Assembly (NCBI GenBank): GCA_021372315.1
Contig: JAJFUT010000073.1
Span: 29,677 to 93,676, forward strand
Length of the DNA stretch: 64,000 bases
Direction of reading: 5' to 3'
Source of the DNA: Methanobacteriota archaeon
GTDB lineage: Archaea; Thermoplasmatota; Thermoplasmata; Methanomassiliicoccales; UBA472
In this document: one piece after another, positions 53,092-62,919 of the stretch
Numbering within the stretch: position 1 is the stretch's first letter
Layout of the letters: each line of letters begins with the position of its first letter
The notes under the pieces: generated by a model
Databases searched by the model: none
What the model saw: only the letters and a program-made list of their open reading frames with translations
Told to the model about the DNA's origin: nothing
Translations under genes and position numbers: made by a program

Positions 53092-54768
53092 TCAGTAGCT
53101 GAAGGGCAGCGAGGACGGCCCCTTCTCGTAATAATCGTTGAAGACCTTGACGACGTCGCGGTATGACGTGATGTCCAGCTCGACCATCCTCTCTATGATC
53201 CTCTGCCTAGTCCTCAGGTCGTTGTAGATGTCCTTCTTCTCAGCGTATCCGTGCTCGACGGCGATCTTGTTCTCGAGGATATGCGAGTTGTTCAGCCCGC
53301 GGAATATGTGCTTGTCCTTGTTGGCGTCCCACTTGAAGACGACCCGGGTCAGGATGCCACCCTGGTCCCTGTTGTAGCCGACGAACTCCTCCACGTGGGT
53401 TACCCGCCTGAGGACGAGGCCGTTGACGTTCACGGCCGACTGGAATATGATGACGTTGACGTTGTCTATGAAAGAAAGAGGGATGTTGACAGGCTGCCCG
53501 GTCATCCTCTGGATGAACTTCGTCGAGGTGGACGCGTGGAACGTCGCAATGACCGGGATGCCTGTCTGCATGCACTGAAACGCGACACGCGCCTCCTCTC
53601 CACGGATCTCGCCTATGACGATATAATCGGGCCTCGAACGCAGGGCAGCCCTGAGCAGGTCGAACATCGTGACCCTCGCCTCCTCCGGTCCAGATTCCCT
53701 CGTGACGCAGCGCTGCCACGAACGCTGGGGCGGCTTGACCTCCGGTGTGTCCTCCACGGAGTATATCTTGCCCCTGTGGTCGACGAAGGTGAGAACGCCG
53801 TTGAGCGTGGACGTCTTACCGGAGGCGGTCTCCCCGCAGATCATGATGTTGACCTTGTTCTCAAGGCATAGCCAAAGATAGGCTCCCAGTTCCGGGGAGA
53901 ACGTCCCCCACTTGATCAGCTGGATCGGCGATATCGGCTCGGCCGAGAACTTACGGATCGTGAACGAGCTTCCCCTGGCGGAGATCTCGTTCGAATAGAT
54001 CATGTTGATACGGGAGCCGTCGGGCAATATCCCGTCGACGATCGGCTTGGAAGCGGACACGGGCCTGCCCATCCTCTCCGACATCGAGACGAAGAACTCG
54101 TTCAGGGAGGCGTCATCGTCGAACTTGATGTTCGTCTCGAGAGCGTACTGGAACGCCTTGTGCGATACCCTCACGCTCGTCGTTCCGACGAGGTGTATGT
54201 CCTCGATGTACTGGTCGAGGATGAGGGGCTGTATCGTCCCGAACCCAATGATGTCCCTGTTGACGAAGTACCTGAAGAGCTCGTACTCGTCCTTCGCGAC
54301 CGTAACCTTGTCCCCTGCTCCGATGAGCCGGGCCATGGGGGATTTCCTGAGGAAGTTCTCGTCATCGTCGGGGTTTCCCACCTTGACGATGCGGTCGAAT
54401 AGCTTGTTGAGCAGGCGCTCCTTCTCCTCGTAGGACTCCTTGGCGTCGACGTTGGACGCGCGGCTCAATATGCCCCACTTGATGGCCTGGAGCTTGATCT
54501 TCTCGACCTGCGTGAGCTTCTTTTCGATGCTGTTGTACTTATTGATCTTCGCGTCGATGTGGATGAAGCCCGAGCCGGCCGTGTAGATGAAATTGCAGGA
54601 GTCCGGGTCTCTCGCGGCCTCCTTCCTGATTACCGCCAGCTCCTTGATCGTGAGGTTCTTATAGAACTTCGGGAGCGTGGTCGTGCCCTTCGAGAGCTCC
54701 TCTAGGTACTGTCTGAGGACCGGGTTCGTCTCGGCCTGCTTGAGGAGCTCGTCTTCCATTTCCCGCAC
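53092..54768 (-). CDS. flaI: Archaellum assembly/motor ATPase FlaI/ArlI
   Basis: Type II/IV secretion NTPase motifs: ICGETASGKTSTLN (Walker A), IVIGEIRGEEA (Walker B region), His box ATFHAS. Confidence 0.95.
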   Translation of the reverse strand: MREMEDELLKQAETNPVLRQYLEELSKGTTTLPKFYKNLTIKELAVIRKEAARDPDSCNFIYTAGSGFIHIDAKINKYNSIEKKLTQVEKIKLQAIKWGILSRASNVDAKESYEEKERLLNKLFDRIVKVGNPDDDENFLRKSPMARLIGAGDKVTVAKDEYELFRYFVNRDIIGFGTIQPLILDQYIEDIHLVGTTSVRVSHKAFQYALETNIKFDDDASLNEFFVSMSERMGRPVSASKPIVDGILPDGSRINMIYSNEISARGSSFTIRKFSAEPISPIQLIKWGTFSPELGAYLWLCLENKVNIMICGETASGKTSTLNGVLTFVDHRGKIYSVEDTPEVKPPQRSWQRCVTRESGPEEARVTMFDLLRAALRSRPDYIVIGEIRGEEARVAFQCMQTGIPVIATFHASTSTKFIQRMTGQPVNIPLSFIDNVNVIIFQSAVNVNGLVLRRVTHVEEFVGYNRDQGGILTRVVFKWDANKDKHIFRGLNNSHILENKIAVEHGYAEKKDIYNDLRTRQRIIERMVELDITSYRDVVKVFNDYYEKGPSSLPFSY

Positions 54769-54809
54769 CTTCTCCTGCCTGCTTTGTTGCCTTGATCCCT
54801 ATCTCACGC

Positions 54810-55523
54810 TCATCCCGATAGGTCGGTGATCTCGATGACCATGCCCGACTTCGGTTCTATCCTGTACTTCATCTGGTCCTCGACCTGTCCCCTCGCTCGG
54901 AGGAAGCGTTTGACATGTATCTCCCTGGAGACCCCTCCCTTCGTGTTCATGACGAGGTCGAGGTAGACATCGGCCGACAGCCTGAGCGGGTCCAGGTTGG
55001 GTAGCCCGGCCTCCGACGTCAGCACGACGGTCTTGTCCATCCTCGTCAGCTTCTTCAGGAACCCCATGAGCGAGTTCGCGTGCTCGTAGTCCATGTTCTT
55101 GTTGAGCAACGATGAGAACGAATCGACGATGAGCACGTCCCTGACGAAGAGCTGGGGGGAGTTGACGAGCTTGACGAGGAAATCGTCCCGCGTCCTGGTC
55201 TGGCCAAGGAGCGGGTAGACCGGCACGTAGAGCAGCTTGTCGCTGAGCAGGTGCGGACCGATCTGGTAATTGATGGAGTACATCTGGTCGATGAAGTCCT
55301 TGAACGTCATCTCGGTCGACACGTACGTCACGCTGACGCCGTTGCTCAGGAAGCCGTAGCATAAACGCTGGCTCAGTATGCTCCTTCCGGAGCCTTCGGG
55401 GCCTTCGATGAAGACGACGGACCCTTTCGGTATCCCCTTTCCCAGCCTGACGTCCAGCTCGTCGGTCTTAAGGCCGAACCTGTAGACCCCGTCATCCCCA
55501 TTGCCCTTCTGGTCCTGTACCAT
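54810..55523 (-). CDS. flaH: Archaellum KaiC-like protein FlaH/ArlH (P-loop reads GPEGSGRS)
   Basis: LDVRLGKGIPKGSVVFIEGPEGSGRSILSQRL, sitting in the flaG-flaH-flaI position. Confidence 0.85.
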   Translation of the reverse strand: MVQDQKGNGDDGVYRFGLKTDELDVRLGKGIPKGSVVFIEGPEGSGRSILSQRLCYGFLSNGVSVTYVSTEMTFKDFIDQMYSINYQIGPHLLSDKLLYVPVYPLLGQTRTRDDFLVKLVNSPQLFVRDVLIVDSFSSLLNKNMDYEHANSLMGFLKKLTRMDKTVVLTSEAGLPNLDPLRLSADVYLDLVMNTKGGVSREIHVKRFLRARGQVEDQMKYRIEPKSGMVIEITDLSG

Positions 55524-55547
55524 CTTCCCATCGTCCTTTCTAAATCC

Positions 55548-55991
55548 TCAGACCCGGAACAGGAACGTGTCCGATCTGCCGCTGCCAGTTATGACCTTGA
55601 TCGTGTGGTCCCCTTCGTCGATGTCTGCGCCGACCGTGAGCACCAGTATGGTCGATGGACCCCATTCTTTCGAGCTGGAGCCGTCCAGGCGGGCCGCCGT
55701 CTCATTATTGTAGACCCCGTCGAGCATGACCATGACGTCGTAGGTGCCCATCACCGATGTCCCGATGTTCTCGACGTAGATCGTCAGTTCGCCATCGGAG
55801 TACGGCATCATCGTCGGGTCGTTGATGATCACGATGTCCGTGGCTATGCTATCTCCGAGCGCATCGGCCTGGTCCTCGATCTTCTCCCCCATCTGGAACC
55901 CGACGCCGATGATGACGCCGGCCAGCGAGGCCGCGACCACAATCGCCGCAATGAAGAAGACCGTCTGCGATATCGCGGCATCGGATGCCAT
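55548..55991 (-). CDS. flaG: Archaellum stator-associated protein FlaG/ArlG
   Basis: MASDAAISQTVFFIAAIVVAASLAGVI is an archaellin-like N-terminal helix. The ATG overlaps the flaF stop (TGATG). Confidence 0.8.
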   Translation of the reverse strand: MASDAAISQTVFFIAAIVVAASLAGVIIGVGFQMGEKIEDQADALGDSIATDIVIINDPTMMPYSDGELTIYVENIGTSVMGTYDVMVMLDGVYNNETAARLDGSSSKEWGPSTILVLTVGADIDEGDHTIKVITGSGRSDTFLFRV

Positions 55992-56422
55992 CAGATCGCC
56001 TCGGCCTGAACATGGTCGGACGCCCAACCGTAGGCCGTCACCTTGACCCTTGCGTTCTCGATCTCACCGGGCAATTCTATGATGATCGATTCGCCCGGCG
56101 CCCAGATGTTGCTTCCAGGATGTCCTTCCACTGTTATCCGTAGCATGGTCCAGTTGCACAGCGTGCCGTTGACGAGCACATCAACGTCCTGTAACGTTAT
56201 CGTCTCCCCCCCATCGTTCCTTACGAGCAAGGAGTCGTTAAGACCGTCGACCGAAACGATGGAGATGGACGTTCCCCTGATCTCCTCGTTCCTGGCGACG
56301 CTCTCGTCCTGCGCGTCCGCGACCTTTTCTTCGAGATCGGTCATGGCCCCGAAAACGATGCTGAACGTTATGACGGCGGCCGTGAACAATATGGCCGTCG
56401 CCGCGGAGACGCTGAGGCCCAT
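55991..56422 (-). CDS. flaF: Archaellum stator-associated protein FlaF/ArlF
   Basis: MGLSVSAATAILFTAAVITFSIVFG N-terminal helix followed by a beta-sandwich-like remainder. Operon position fits. Confidence 0.8.
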   Translation of the reverse strand: MGLSVSAATAILFTAAVITFSIVFGAMTDLEEKVADAQDESVARNEEIRGTSISIVSVDGLNDSLLVRNDGGETITLQDVDVLVNGTLCNWTMLRITVEGHPGSNIWAPGESIIIELPGEIENARVKVTAYGWASDHVQAEAI

Positions 56423-56424
56423 CC

Positions 56425-57171
56425 TTACCTCACTTCCAGGCGCCTCAGTTCTGCCAGCCAGTGGTCCAGTTCGTCGTAGTCCTCCTCGGTGAGGCGGCTG
56501 CCGTTCATCTTATCCATATATATCCTGTTCATGTGATATTCCACGATCTTGTGGACCTGGGTGAAGCAGTAATTGTCCGTCTTATAGGAAGGTGCTGGTG
56601 CGGCAGGCTCGTTCGAAAGGCCGGGGGGCGTGGATTCCCTGAACTGCTGCCTTTGCTCGGGAACGGCGCCTTCATGTCTTCCGTTCGGCATCTTCATGTC
56701 GGTCCTCGGCCTTTCGAAGGGATCGAACTCCGGCGCCCTCGATCTGACCTGGTTCAAAGGCATAGCTTCGAAGCTGTCCTGAGGCCTCATGATATAGTCG
56801 TCTGGCTGGTCGTCCGAGTTCTTCTTCATCGGGATCGACATCTGCTCCATGTCGTTGTTCCTGAACGAGTTCTCGACGAACGGATTGTACTGGCGACTCA
56901 CCATCTCGTAGACCTGAAGGAGCGCCTTCATCGATTCGTTTATCGAGCCCAGGTCGTTCTTCATCGAGTCGATGTCCCCTTTGAGGGACTTTCCCTGCAT
57001 CTGGAGCCCGTCTACCTGTCCCTTAAGATCGGTCACGGTCGCGTTCACGACCTTGATCCTCTCATCGTCCTTTGGCAGCGCCTGGACGTTCACATCGAAG
57101 GCCTGGTCGCCAGGTCGTCTCGCGAGAACGTCCTTCTGGTCGAGGGACGGCAATTTGGCTAGATCATCCAT
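56425..57171 (-). CDS. Archaellum accessory protein of the FlaC/D/E (ArlCDE) family
   Basis: Coiled-coil segment followed by ALLQVYEMVSRQYNPFVE (FlaC/D/E motif). GAGGA SD before the ATG at 57171; the ORF extends to 57246. Confidence 0.7.
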   Translation of the reverse strand: MDDLAKLPSLDQKDVLARRPGDQAFDVNVQALPKDDERIKVVNATVTDLKGQVDGLQMQGKSLKGDIDSMKNDLGSINESMKALLQVYEMVSRQYNPFVENSFRNNDMEQMSIPMKKNSDDQPDDYIMRPQDSFEAMPLNQVRSRAPEFDPFERPRTDMKMPNGRHEGAVPEQRQQFRESTPPGLSNEPAAPAPSYKTDNYCFTQVHKIVEYHMNRIYMDKMNGSRLTEEDYDELDHWLAELRRLEVR

Positions 57172-57324
57172 GGATTCCTCGTTATCCTTCTTCTTCCTGA
57201 ACGATATGACGGCTAGAAATGGAAGAAAGAAGGGCAGAGGGCACATTCGCCTGTTTTTCGCGCTATCACACTCCTCTGTCCGGTTAATTAAAGGGTTTAA
57301 GAGGTTTGGCAGTGTCTTTCGAGC

Positions 57325-57915
57325 TTATGCCAGATCGACCATTGCGGTTGTGAAGACCTCAGGCGTGTAGAACGTCACCAATGTTGCCTGTCCATAGGCG
57401 GGGGTGATCGTTATCTGGACGTACTGAGAGTTCTCAACATCGTTGGTGAGCTCGTTCAGATCGATCGAGATCTTGATCATGTCGCCCTGCCCGACCATCT
57501 TGACGGCGTCTGCGGTCCAGTCAGCTCCGGAGACCGCGACAACCTGTCCAGCGGTGTACAGCGGGGATGTGCCTGTGTTGTTGTAGAGCAGGTTCTGGTT
57601 CCCATCGTTGACAGAGATCAGGACGTTCTCCATGTTGATGGATGGACTTCCGGACTGGAGCCTCAGGTAAACATCGACGCTCGTCAGGGTGCCGTCAGTG
57701 ACGCTGGCGGTCCCGACCACGTCGTAGCAGATGAATCCGGTAGCTACGTTGTCAATTGCCTGGGATCCGGTATCCTGTGCCTGTTCCCTGACATCGTTCG
57801 CGGTGCTGATCAATACCGACGCGGCGACGGCTGCTACGAGGACCATCGCGATAAAGATGATCATCGTTCCGACGCCCATTTCGGCGCGCTTATCCAACTT
57901 CCTTTTCATCATCAT
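57325..57915 (-). CDS. flaB: Archaellin (flagellin) FlaB/ArlB with a class III signal peptide
   Basis: MMMKRKLDKRAEMG/VGTMIIFIAMVLVAAVAASVLI is the canonical pre-archaellin N-terminus. The ORF extends to 57981. Confidence 0.9.
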   Translation of the reverse strand: MMMKRKLDKRAEMGVGTMIIFIAMVLVAAVAASVLISTANDVREQAQDTGSQAIDNVATGFICYDVVGTASVTDGTLTSVDVYLRLQSGSPSINMENVLISVNDGNQNLLYNNTGTSPLYTAGQVVAVSGADWTADAVKMVGQGDMIKISIDLNELTNDVENSQYVQITITPAYGQATLVTFYTPEVFTTAMVDLA

Positions 57916-58247
57916 ATTCTTCCCTTCTGATATGGTCGGAGCCTGCGCTGATCGACAGTGCGAAGGACCCGACCCATCCAATCTCCTTCGAGGCGATCAG
58001 GCGGCATTGAAATATGTTCTGGCCAGCCGCAAAGTTGGAGATGATGATGTAAATATAATTGTCATATTTAAATTTAATCAGACAAATATACAAAAAATAT
58101 TAACATAATCCAAGAATTTCATCATAATATATACATTATGTCAATGAATATATCTAATATGCAAGTATATTATTCATATACTTTCATAACGATATACATA
58201 TGATTATATTAATAAAATTAATAATATTATTAACGTTTGTAATTTTA
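57916..58247 (-). promoter_or_regulatory. Very AT-rich archaellum operon upstream region
   Basis: About 230 bp of almost pure A/T (58040-58250) with many TATA-like elements between the PAS gene stop and flaB. Confidence 0.5.
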
Positions 58248-60359
58248 TCATCCATCGATGTTCTCCCTCGGAACGAATATCTCGAACCGAAGTCCCCTCC
58301 CATCCTGCTCGCTGACCTCCAGTTCGAATCCTGTTACGTCAAGGACATCCTTCATTGTCACGATATCATCGAAAAGGACAGGGTCCTTCAGGATGTCGCA
58401 GCGCTCCCATCTCATCTTCAAGGGGGACAGCACTCCGATGTTGCTGACAATGATGCGGCCCCCGTCCTCATCGTTGAAGTATGCAAGCTCGATGTGGTCA
58501 TCGTCAGTTGAATGATTGAGGACGTCATCGAACATCAGCAGCAGGACGTTCTCGAGATGGGGGTCCGCGAAGATCCGGACGTCGTCGATCTCCCCGAGCA
58601 TTTCGAACCCAGCGCTGCCCATCTTCTCCGCTGCCCTTTTACAGATGCCCCGGAGACTGAACCAGGAAGGACCCTCGATCGGTACGACGCCCTCCACCGC
58701 ATCCAGCTCGGTGGCTATCGATACGGCATCGCATTCAGTCCCAGCGTAATGTACGACCGCGCCGCCTTCGGTCATCGGCACCTCTTCGACGACCCTGGTC
58801 CCATAGAATATGTACAGTATGGAAGGTCCGGCCATCCTGACCGCCCCTATGTTGTAACTGCGGTGGACGCCATCTGCGTCCTTGAAATCGACCTTTCTGC
58901 ACCCGCTCTCCGCATTGGACCATTCGGGCAGCATCTCTACGATGTTCCTTCCAATGGCCTTCCTGCCCCCGAGCAGCATATCTATCAGTTGAGTGGCGTA
59001 GAGGATGTCGCCCATCCTGTCGGTGACGATGAGGAACGCGTCCCTGTCCTCGACGATGGGCCTCGCTGGCGACTCGTCGACGTTCCCCGTTCCCACATCA
59101 TCACCGACGCAGGTGCACCAGAACGTGAACGCCCTGCCATTTTGCGTCGAGATCGGGACCTGGTCTATTTCCAAGGTGATCTCCTTCTTCTTCCCGATCA
59201 TTGTGGTAAGGACCATGGGGCCTGCATGCGCGAATGGCCCGTCCTCGCCGTCCTTTTCGATGATGCTTGACTTGACCTTGCCTATGCCAGGCAGAAGTTC
59301 CTCCATCGCAGAGATGGCCTTTCCGAGTGCTACCTTCGACGGAACCTCGGTGATCTCCTCCATCCGACGGTCCCATTTGACCACGAGACCCTGGTCGTCA
59401 AGGATGAACATCCCATCCCATTCCCTCTCGACGATGAAGTCCACGACATTGACGAGCTCCATGATCTTACAGCCGTTCAAGACCGAGGACTTACCGACCT
59501 CGTGGGCGTTGCTCGCCCGTAGCATCTGATCGGGGGTAGGCTCGAGAACAACGACCTTCTCCTCGCTGTATCTCGTCATCTCGATGATATGGTACGAATG
59601 TTTCGTGCCGTCCTTCAGTTCGATGATGCCCGTCTCATCGTTCGAGGCAGCTATGAGGATACCGTCTATCAGCTGCGTCGAGGCCTTTACAGAGGAGAGC
59701 AGCGCACCGAGCATCTCGTTCCCGTTAGCGTAAGCTCGTCCTGACGAAAGGCCGAACGTATCCGCCCAGGCCTTGTTCCACATGAGGATCTCGCCGTCCT
59801 GCGTGATGGCCATCGACGGCAAGGTCATCCGCATCACCAGATCGACCGTTCCCAGGGACGGCCTCCTGTTCATAGGGCATGCAAAGCTCGATGTGACGTC
59901 CTTCCCGGCCCACCACAAGCCGGTCAAGCGCTCTTTCGCCATCTTGATCGGCTCTGCGACGAAGGAGAACCATCGAAGCCCTCTCTCCGGGCCATCGACG
60001 CTAACTATGAGATCCAGACCGTCGTCTTGGCCCTCCTTTACTCTTTCCAGCCAATCGTCGACCCTTATCTGAAGCTCCTTGTCCGCCGGGATGACGTTTC
60101 CGATGAAGGATTTCTGTTTCAGCCCCCCTTCGATCGGGAAAGACAGATTTGCGACGTCGTTGGAATAGGTGATGACCAGATCCAATCCTGTCTTGATATG
60201 TATGAGAGGGGCATCTTTGCCGGTGTTGGCGTCAGGTCTCTTCGAGCTTTCGCCGTCCTCCGAGACCAGGTCCTTGATGGCCGAGTATAGGTCGCGCCAT
60301 ACGGCTCCGCTGTGCCACGACCTTCCGCCAACGAAATCCATATCCTCCACTCTCCGCAC
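58248..60359 (-). CDS. Cytoplasmic multi-PAS sensor protein with a degenerate C-terminal histidine-kinase-like module
   Basis: Several PAS-like segments (PSMAITQDGEILMWNKAWADTFG; FILDDQGLVVKWDRRMEEITE; FLIVTDRMGDILYAT). The C-terminus IFADPHLENVLLLMFDDVLNHS...GRGLRFEIFVP parallels the HATPase of the 17163 kinase, but the DxGxG/GxGL boxes and the HDIRN H-box are absent. Confidence 0.7.
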   Translation of the reverse strand: MRRVEDMDFVGGRSWHSGAVWRDLYSAIKDLVSEDGESSKRPDANTGKDAPLIHIKTGLDLVITYSNDVANLSFPIEGGLKQKSFIGNVIPADKELQIRVDDWLERVKEGQDDGLDLIVSVDGPERGLRWFSFVAEPIKMAKERLTGLWWAGKDVTSSFACPMNRRPSLGTVDLVMRMTLPSMAITQDGEILMWNKAWADTFGLSSGRAYANGNEMLGALLSSVKASTQLIDGILIAASNDETGIIELKDGTKHSYHIIEMTRYSEEKVVVLEPTPDQMLRASNAHEVGKSSVLNGCKIMELVNVVDFIVEREWDGMFILDDQGLVVKWDRRMEEITEVPSKVALGKAISAMEELLPGIGKVKSSIIEKDGEDGPFAHAGPMVLTTMIGKKKEITLEIDQVPISTQNGRAFTFWCTCVGDDVGTGNVDESPARPIVEDRDAFLIVTDRMGDILYATQLIDMLLGGRKAIGRNIVEMLPEWSNAESGCRKVDFKDADGVHRSYNIGAVRMAGPSILYIFYGTRVVEEVPMTEGGAVVHYAGTECDAVSIATELDAVEGVVPIEGPSWFSLRGICKRAAEKMGSAGFEMLGEIDDVRIFADPHLENVLLLMFDDVLNHSTDDDHIELAYFNDEDGGRIIVSNIGVLSPLKMRWERCDILKDPVLFDDIVTMKDVLDVTGFELEVSEQDGRGLRFEIFVPRENIDG

Positions 60360-60596
60360 CCGCCCACGAGGGAGAACTTACATCGCGTGCGCTATCCAGC
60401 GTGCCGATCATAAGGCAGGCTCGAAAATTGCATAGCGCAATCCGCAAGCTTCAACTGCGTTTACTGATCCTCTATACGCGACCTTCTATTTTCCCCGGAA
60501 AACCGTAACTATTATTGAATATAAAAGATTATTATTGATCATGATAACTTTGAGAATCAGAGAGCTCGTGGAGAAACGAAAATGCCGTGAAGGGAA

Positions 60597-60748
60597 CGAG
60601 AGATCGCTGGGCCCATCGAGAACGTTTAGGTTGGGAGAATAGAGATTTTTTGGGGGCAGGGTTGGAGGTCCCTGCCCCCGCTCCAGGCATAAAACATCCT
60701 GGAGGAGTCTTTAGGGGGGTTCGGCGGGGTGGCCGAACTTATCTCTCG
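60597..60748. other. Cluster of three adjacent hairpins enclosed by an 8-bp long-range helix: either a structured RNA or a compound terminator downstream of acs
   Basis: GGGGGCAGGG(60652-61)/CCCTGCCCCC(60670-79). CTCCAGG(60681-87)/CCTGGAG(60698-704). GTTCGGC(60719-25)/GCCGAAC(60732-38). Closing helix CGAGAGAT(60597-604)/ATCTCTCG(60741-48). Confidence 0.4.
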
Positions 60749-60805
60749 GATTCAAATTTAATATTTGAGTGTTTTGGACCACCGCACCGGAAATGTCGTT
60801 GCATC

Positions 60806-62782
60806 TCACTTGTTCCGGATCTTCTTGTGGTCCGCCACAAGCTTGTCGACGACGGTCGGGTCGGCGAGCGTCGTGACGTCCCCAAGTTCCTCCTCCTGGT
60901 CGGATGCGATCTTCCTGAGGATGCGCCTCATGATCTTCCCGCTGCGGGTCTTCGGCAGGCCAGGGGCGAACTGGATGACGTCCGGGACCGCGATCGGACC
61001 GACGCTCTTCCTTACGTGCAGGACGAGGTCCTTCAGCAGTTCCGGCGACTCCGGCACTCCGGTCTTGAGAGTGACGTAGGCGTAGATCGCCTCTCCCTTG
61101 ATCTCGTGAGGCATCGGAACGACCGCAGCCTCGGCGACCTTCGGGTGCGCCACCAGGGCCGATTCGACCTCCGCCGCGCCTATCCTGTGACCGCTGACCT
61201 TGATGACGTCGTCGACGCGGCCCATGATCCAGACGTACCCGTCCTTGTCATGCCTGGCGCTGTCGCCAGTAAAGTAAACGCCGTGGAAGCGGCTCCAGTA
61301 CGTCTCGATGAACCTGTCGTGCTGACCCCAGACGGTCCTCATGATTCCGGGCCAGGGCTTCTTGATGACCAGATATCCTCCCTCGTTGACGCCCGCGGGC
61401 TTGCCGTCCTCCTTGAGGATCGCAGGCTCGATGCCGAAGAACGGCATGGTCGCGGAACCGGGCTTGGTGGTCGTGGCGCCGGGCAGAGGTGTGATCATTA
61501 TGCCTCCGGTCTCGGTCTGCCACCACGTATCGACGATCGGGCACCTTTCATGCCCTATGTTCTTGTGGTACCACATCCAGGCCTCTGGGTTGATAGGCTC
61601 TCCGACGGAGCCCAGCAGCCTCAGCGAGGACAGGTCTCTCCTGTTCGGCCACGCCTCGCCCTCCCTCATGAGGGAGCGTATCGCTGTCGGGGCCGTGTAG
61701 AATATGTTGACGCCGAACTTCTCGATGATCTGCCAGAAGCGGTCATGTTCGGGGTACGTCGGTATCCCTTCGAACACGACCTGAGTGGCGCCGGCCGACA
61801 TCGGTCCGTACAGGATGTACGAATGACCCGTGATCCATCCGCAGTCGGCTGTGCACCAGTAGACATCGTCGTCGTGGTAATCGAAGATGTACTTGAACGT
61901 CCTGTTGACATAGACCATGTAACCGCCGGTGGTATGGACGACCCCCTTCGGTTTTCCGGTGGACCCGGACGTGTATAGGATGAACAGCGGGTCCTCCGCA
62001 TCCATCCATTCAGGCTCGCAGACATGGGAGGCCTTGCTCGTCTCCTCGTGGAGCCAGAAGTCCCTTCCCTCGGTCATGACGACCTCGTTTCCGCCCCTCT
62101 TGACGACGAGCACGCTGCTGATGTCCGTCCCCTTCTCGAGCGCGGCGTCCGCGTTGGATTTCAAGGAGATGAGCTTGCCTCCTCGGCGGTTGCCGTCAGC
62201 GGTGATCAATACCTTGCATTGGCTGTCGTTGATCCTGTCGCGGAGCGAGTCGGCGCTGAATCCGCCGAACACGACGCTGTGGACCGCGCCTATCCTGGCG
62301 CATGCGAGCATGCTGAACATGAGCTCCGGGATCATCGGCAGGTAGATCGAGACGCGGTCCCCCTTGGCCACGCCCTTGCTCTTGAGGACGTTGGCGATCT
62401 TTGAGACCTCATACAACACCTGCTGGTAGGTGAACGTCTTGACCTCGTCGTCGTTCTCTCCCTGCCAGATGATGGCCGCCTTGTTCTTGTACGGACCGAG
62501 CGCGTAACGGTCGACACAGTTGTAACAGGCGTTGAGCTTTCCACCTTCGTACCACTTGATCCTCGCCTCGTCCACGTTCCAGCTGAAGACATTGTTCCAC
62601 TTGGCGAACCAGTGCAAGCAGTCAGCGTTCTTTTCCCAGAATGCGACGGGGTCCTTGATCGATTCCGCGTACATCTTTTCATATTCCGCCATGGACTTGA
62701 TGTGCGCGTGCTCTCTGAACTCCTTCGTCGGTTCGAACCTTCTGTCCTCCTCCATCACTGACTCTATCGTTTTTTCGCTCAT
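60806..62782 (-). CDS. acs: Acetyl-CoA synthetase (AMP-forming)
   Basis: [19 protein letters not shown] (AMP-binding motif), WWQTETGG, and a C-terminal [18 protein letters not shown] (A10 motif carrying the regulatory/catalytic Lys). Confidence 0.95.
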   Translation of the reverse strand: MSEKTIESVMEEDRRFEPTKEFREHAHIKSMAEYEKMYAESIKDPVAFWEKNADCLHWFAKWNNVFSWNVDEARIKWYEGGKLNACYNCVDRYALGPYKNKAAIIWQGENDDEVKTFTYQQVLYEVSKIANVLKSKGVAKGDRVSIYLPMIPELMFSMLACARIGAVHSVVFGGFSADSLRDRINDSQCKVLITADGNRRGGKLISLKSNADAALEKGTDISSVLVVKRGGNEVVMTEGRDFWLHEETSKASHVCEPEWMDAEDPLFILYTSGSTGKPKGVVHTTGGYMVYVNRTFKYIFDYHDDDVYWCTADCGWITGHSYILYGPMSAGATQVVFEGIPTYPEHDRFWQIIEKFGVNIFYTAPTAIRSLMREGEAWPNRRDLSSLRLLGSVGEPINPEAWMWYHKNIGHERCPIVDTWWQTETGGIMITPLPGATTTKPGSATMPFFGIEPAILKEDGKPAGVNEGGYLVIKKPWPGIMRTVWGQHDRFIETYWSRFHGVYFTGDSARHDKDGYVWIMGRVDDVIKVSGHRIGAAEVESALVAHPKVAEAAVVPMPHEIKGEAIYAYVTLKTGVPESPELLKDLVLHVRKSVGPIAVPDVIQFAPGLPKTRSGKIMRRILRKIASDQEEELGDVTTLADPTVVDKLVADHKKIRNK

Positions 62783-62919
62783 CCGAACAATTCCTCCGGT
62801 GACTTTTCATCCGATCTAGCTTGATAAGAAGTTTGATAGATGCCCTTAAAAGCCGGTTCGGTTTTTAAGAGTTTCGAAAAGCGAATCAATAAAACAACTG
62901 TAATTATATCTTTCGTATT

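Noticed and set aside
57982-58247. AT-rich block upstream of flaB, and similar blocks at 10860-11150 and 62830-63120, checked for CRISPR repeats, tRNA genes or mobile-element ends
   Set aside because: There are no regularly spaced direct repeats, no tRNA-like cloverleaf segments, no terminal inverted repeats and no integrase or transposase nearby. They sit at divergent or operon promoters, which fits archaeal promoter DNA.
60587-61978. 463-aa plus-strand ORF, the longest unexplained ORF in the track
   Set aside because: From 60806 onward it is antisense to acs, which has textbook AMP-forming synthetase motifs. Its 5' part covers the hairpin cluster. It is R/G/D/P/V-rich and has no motif.
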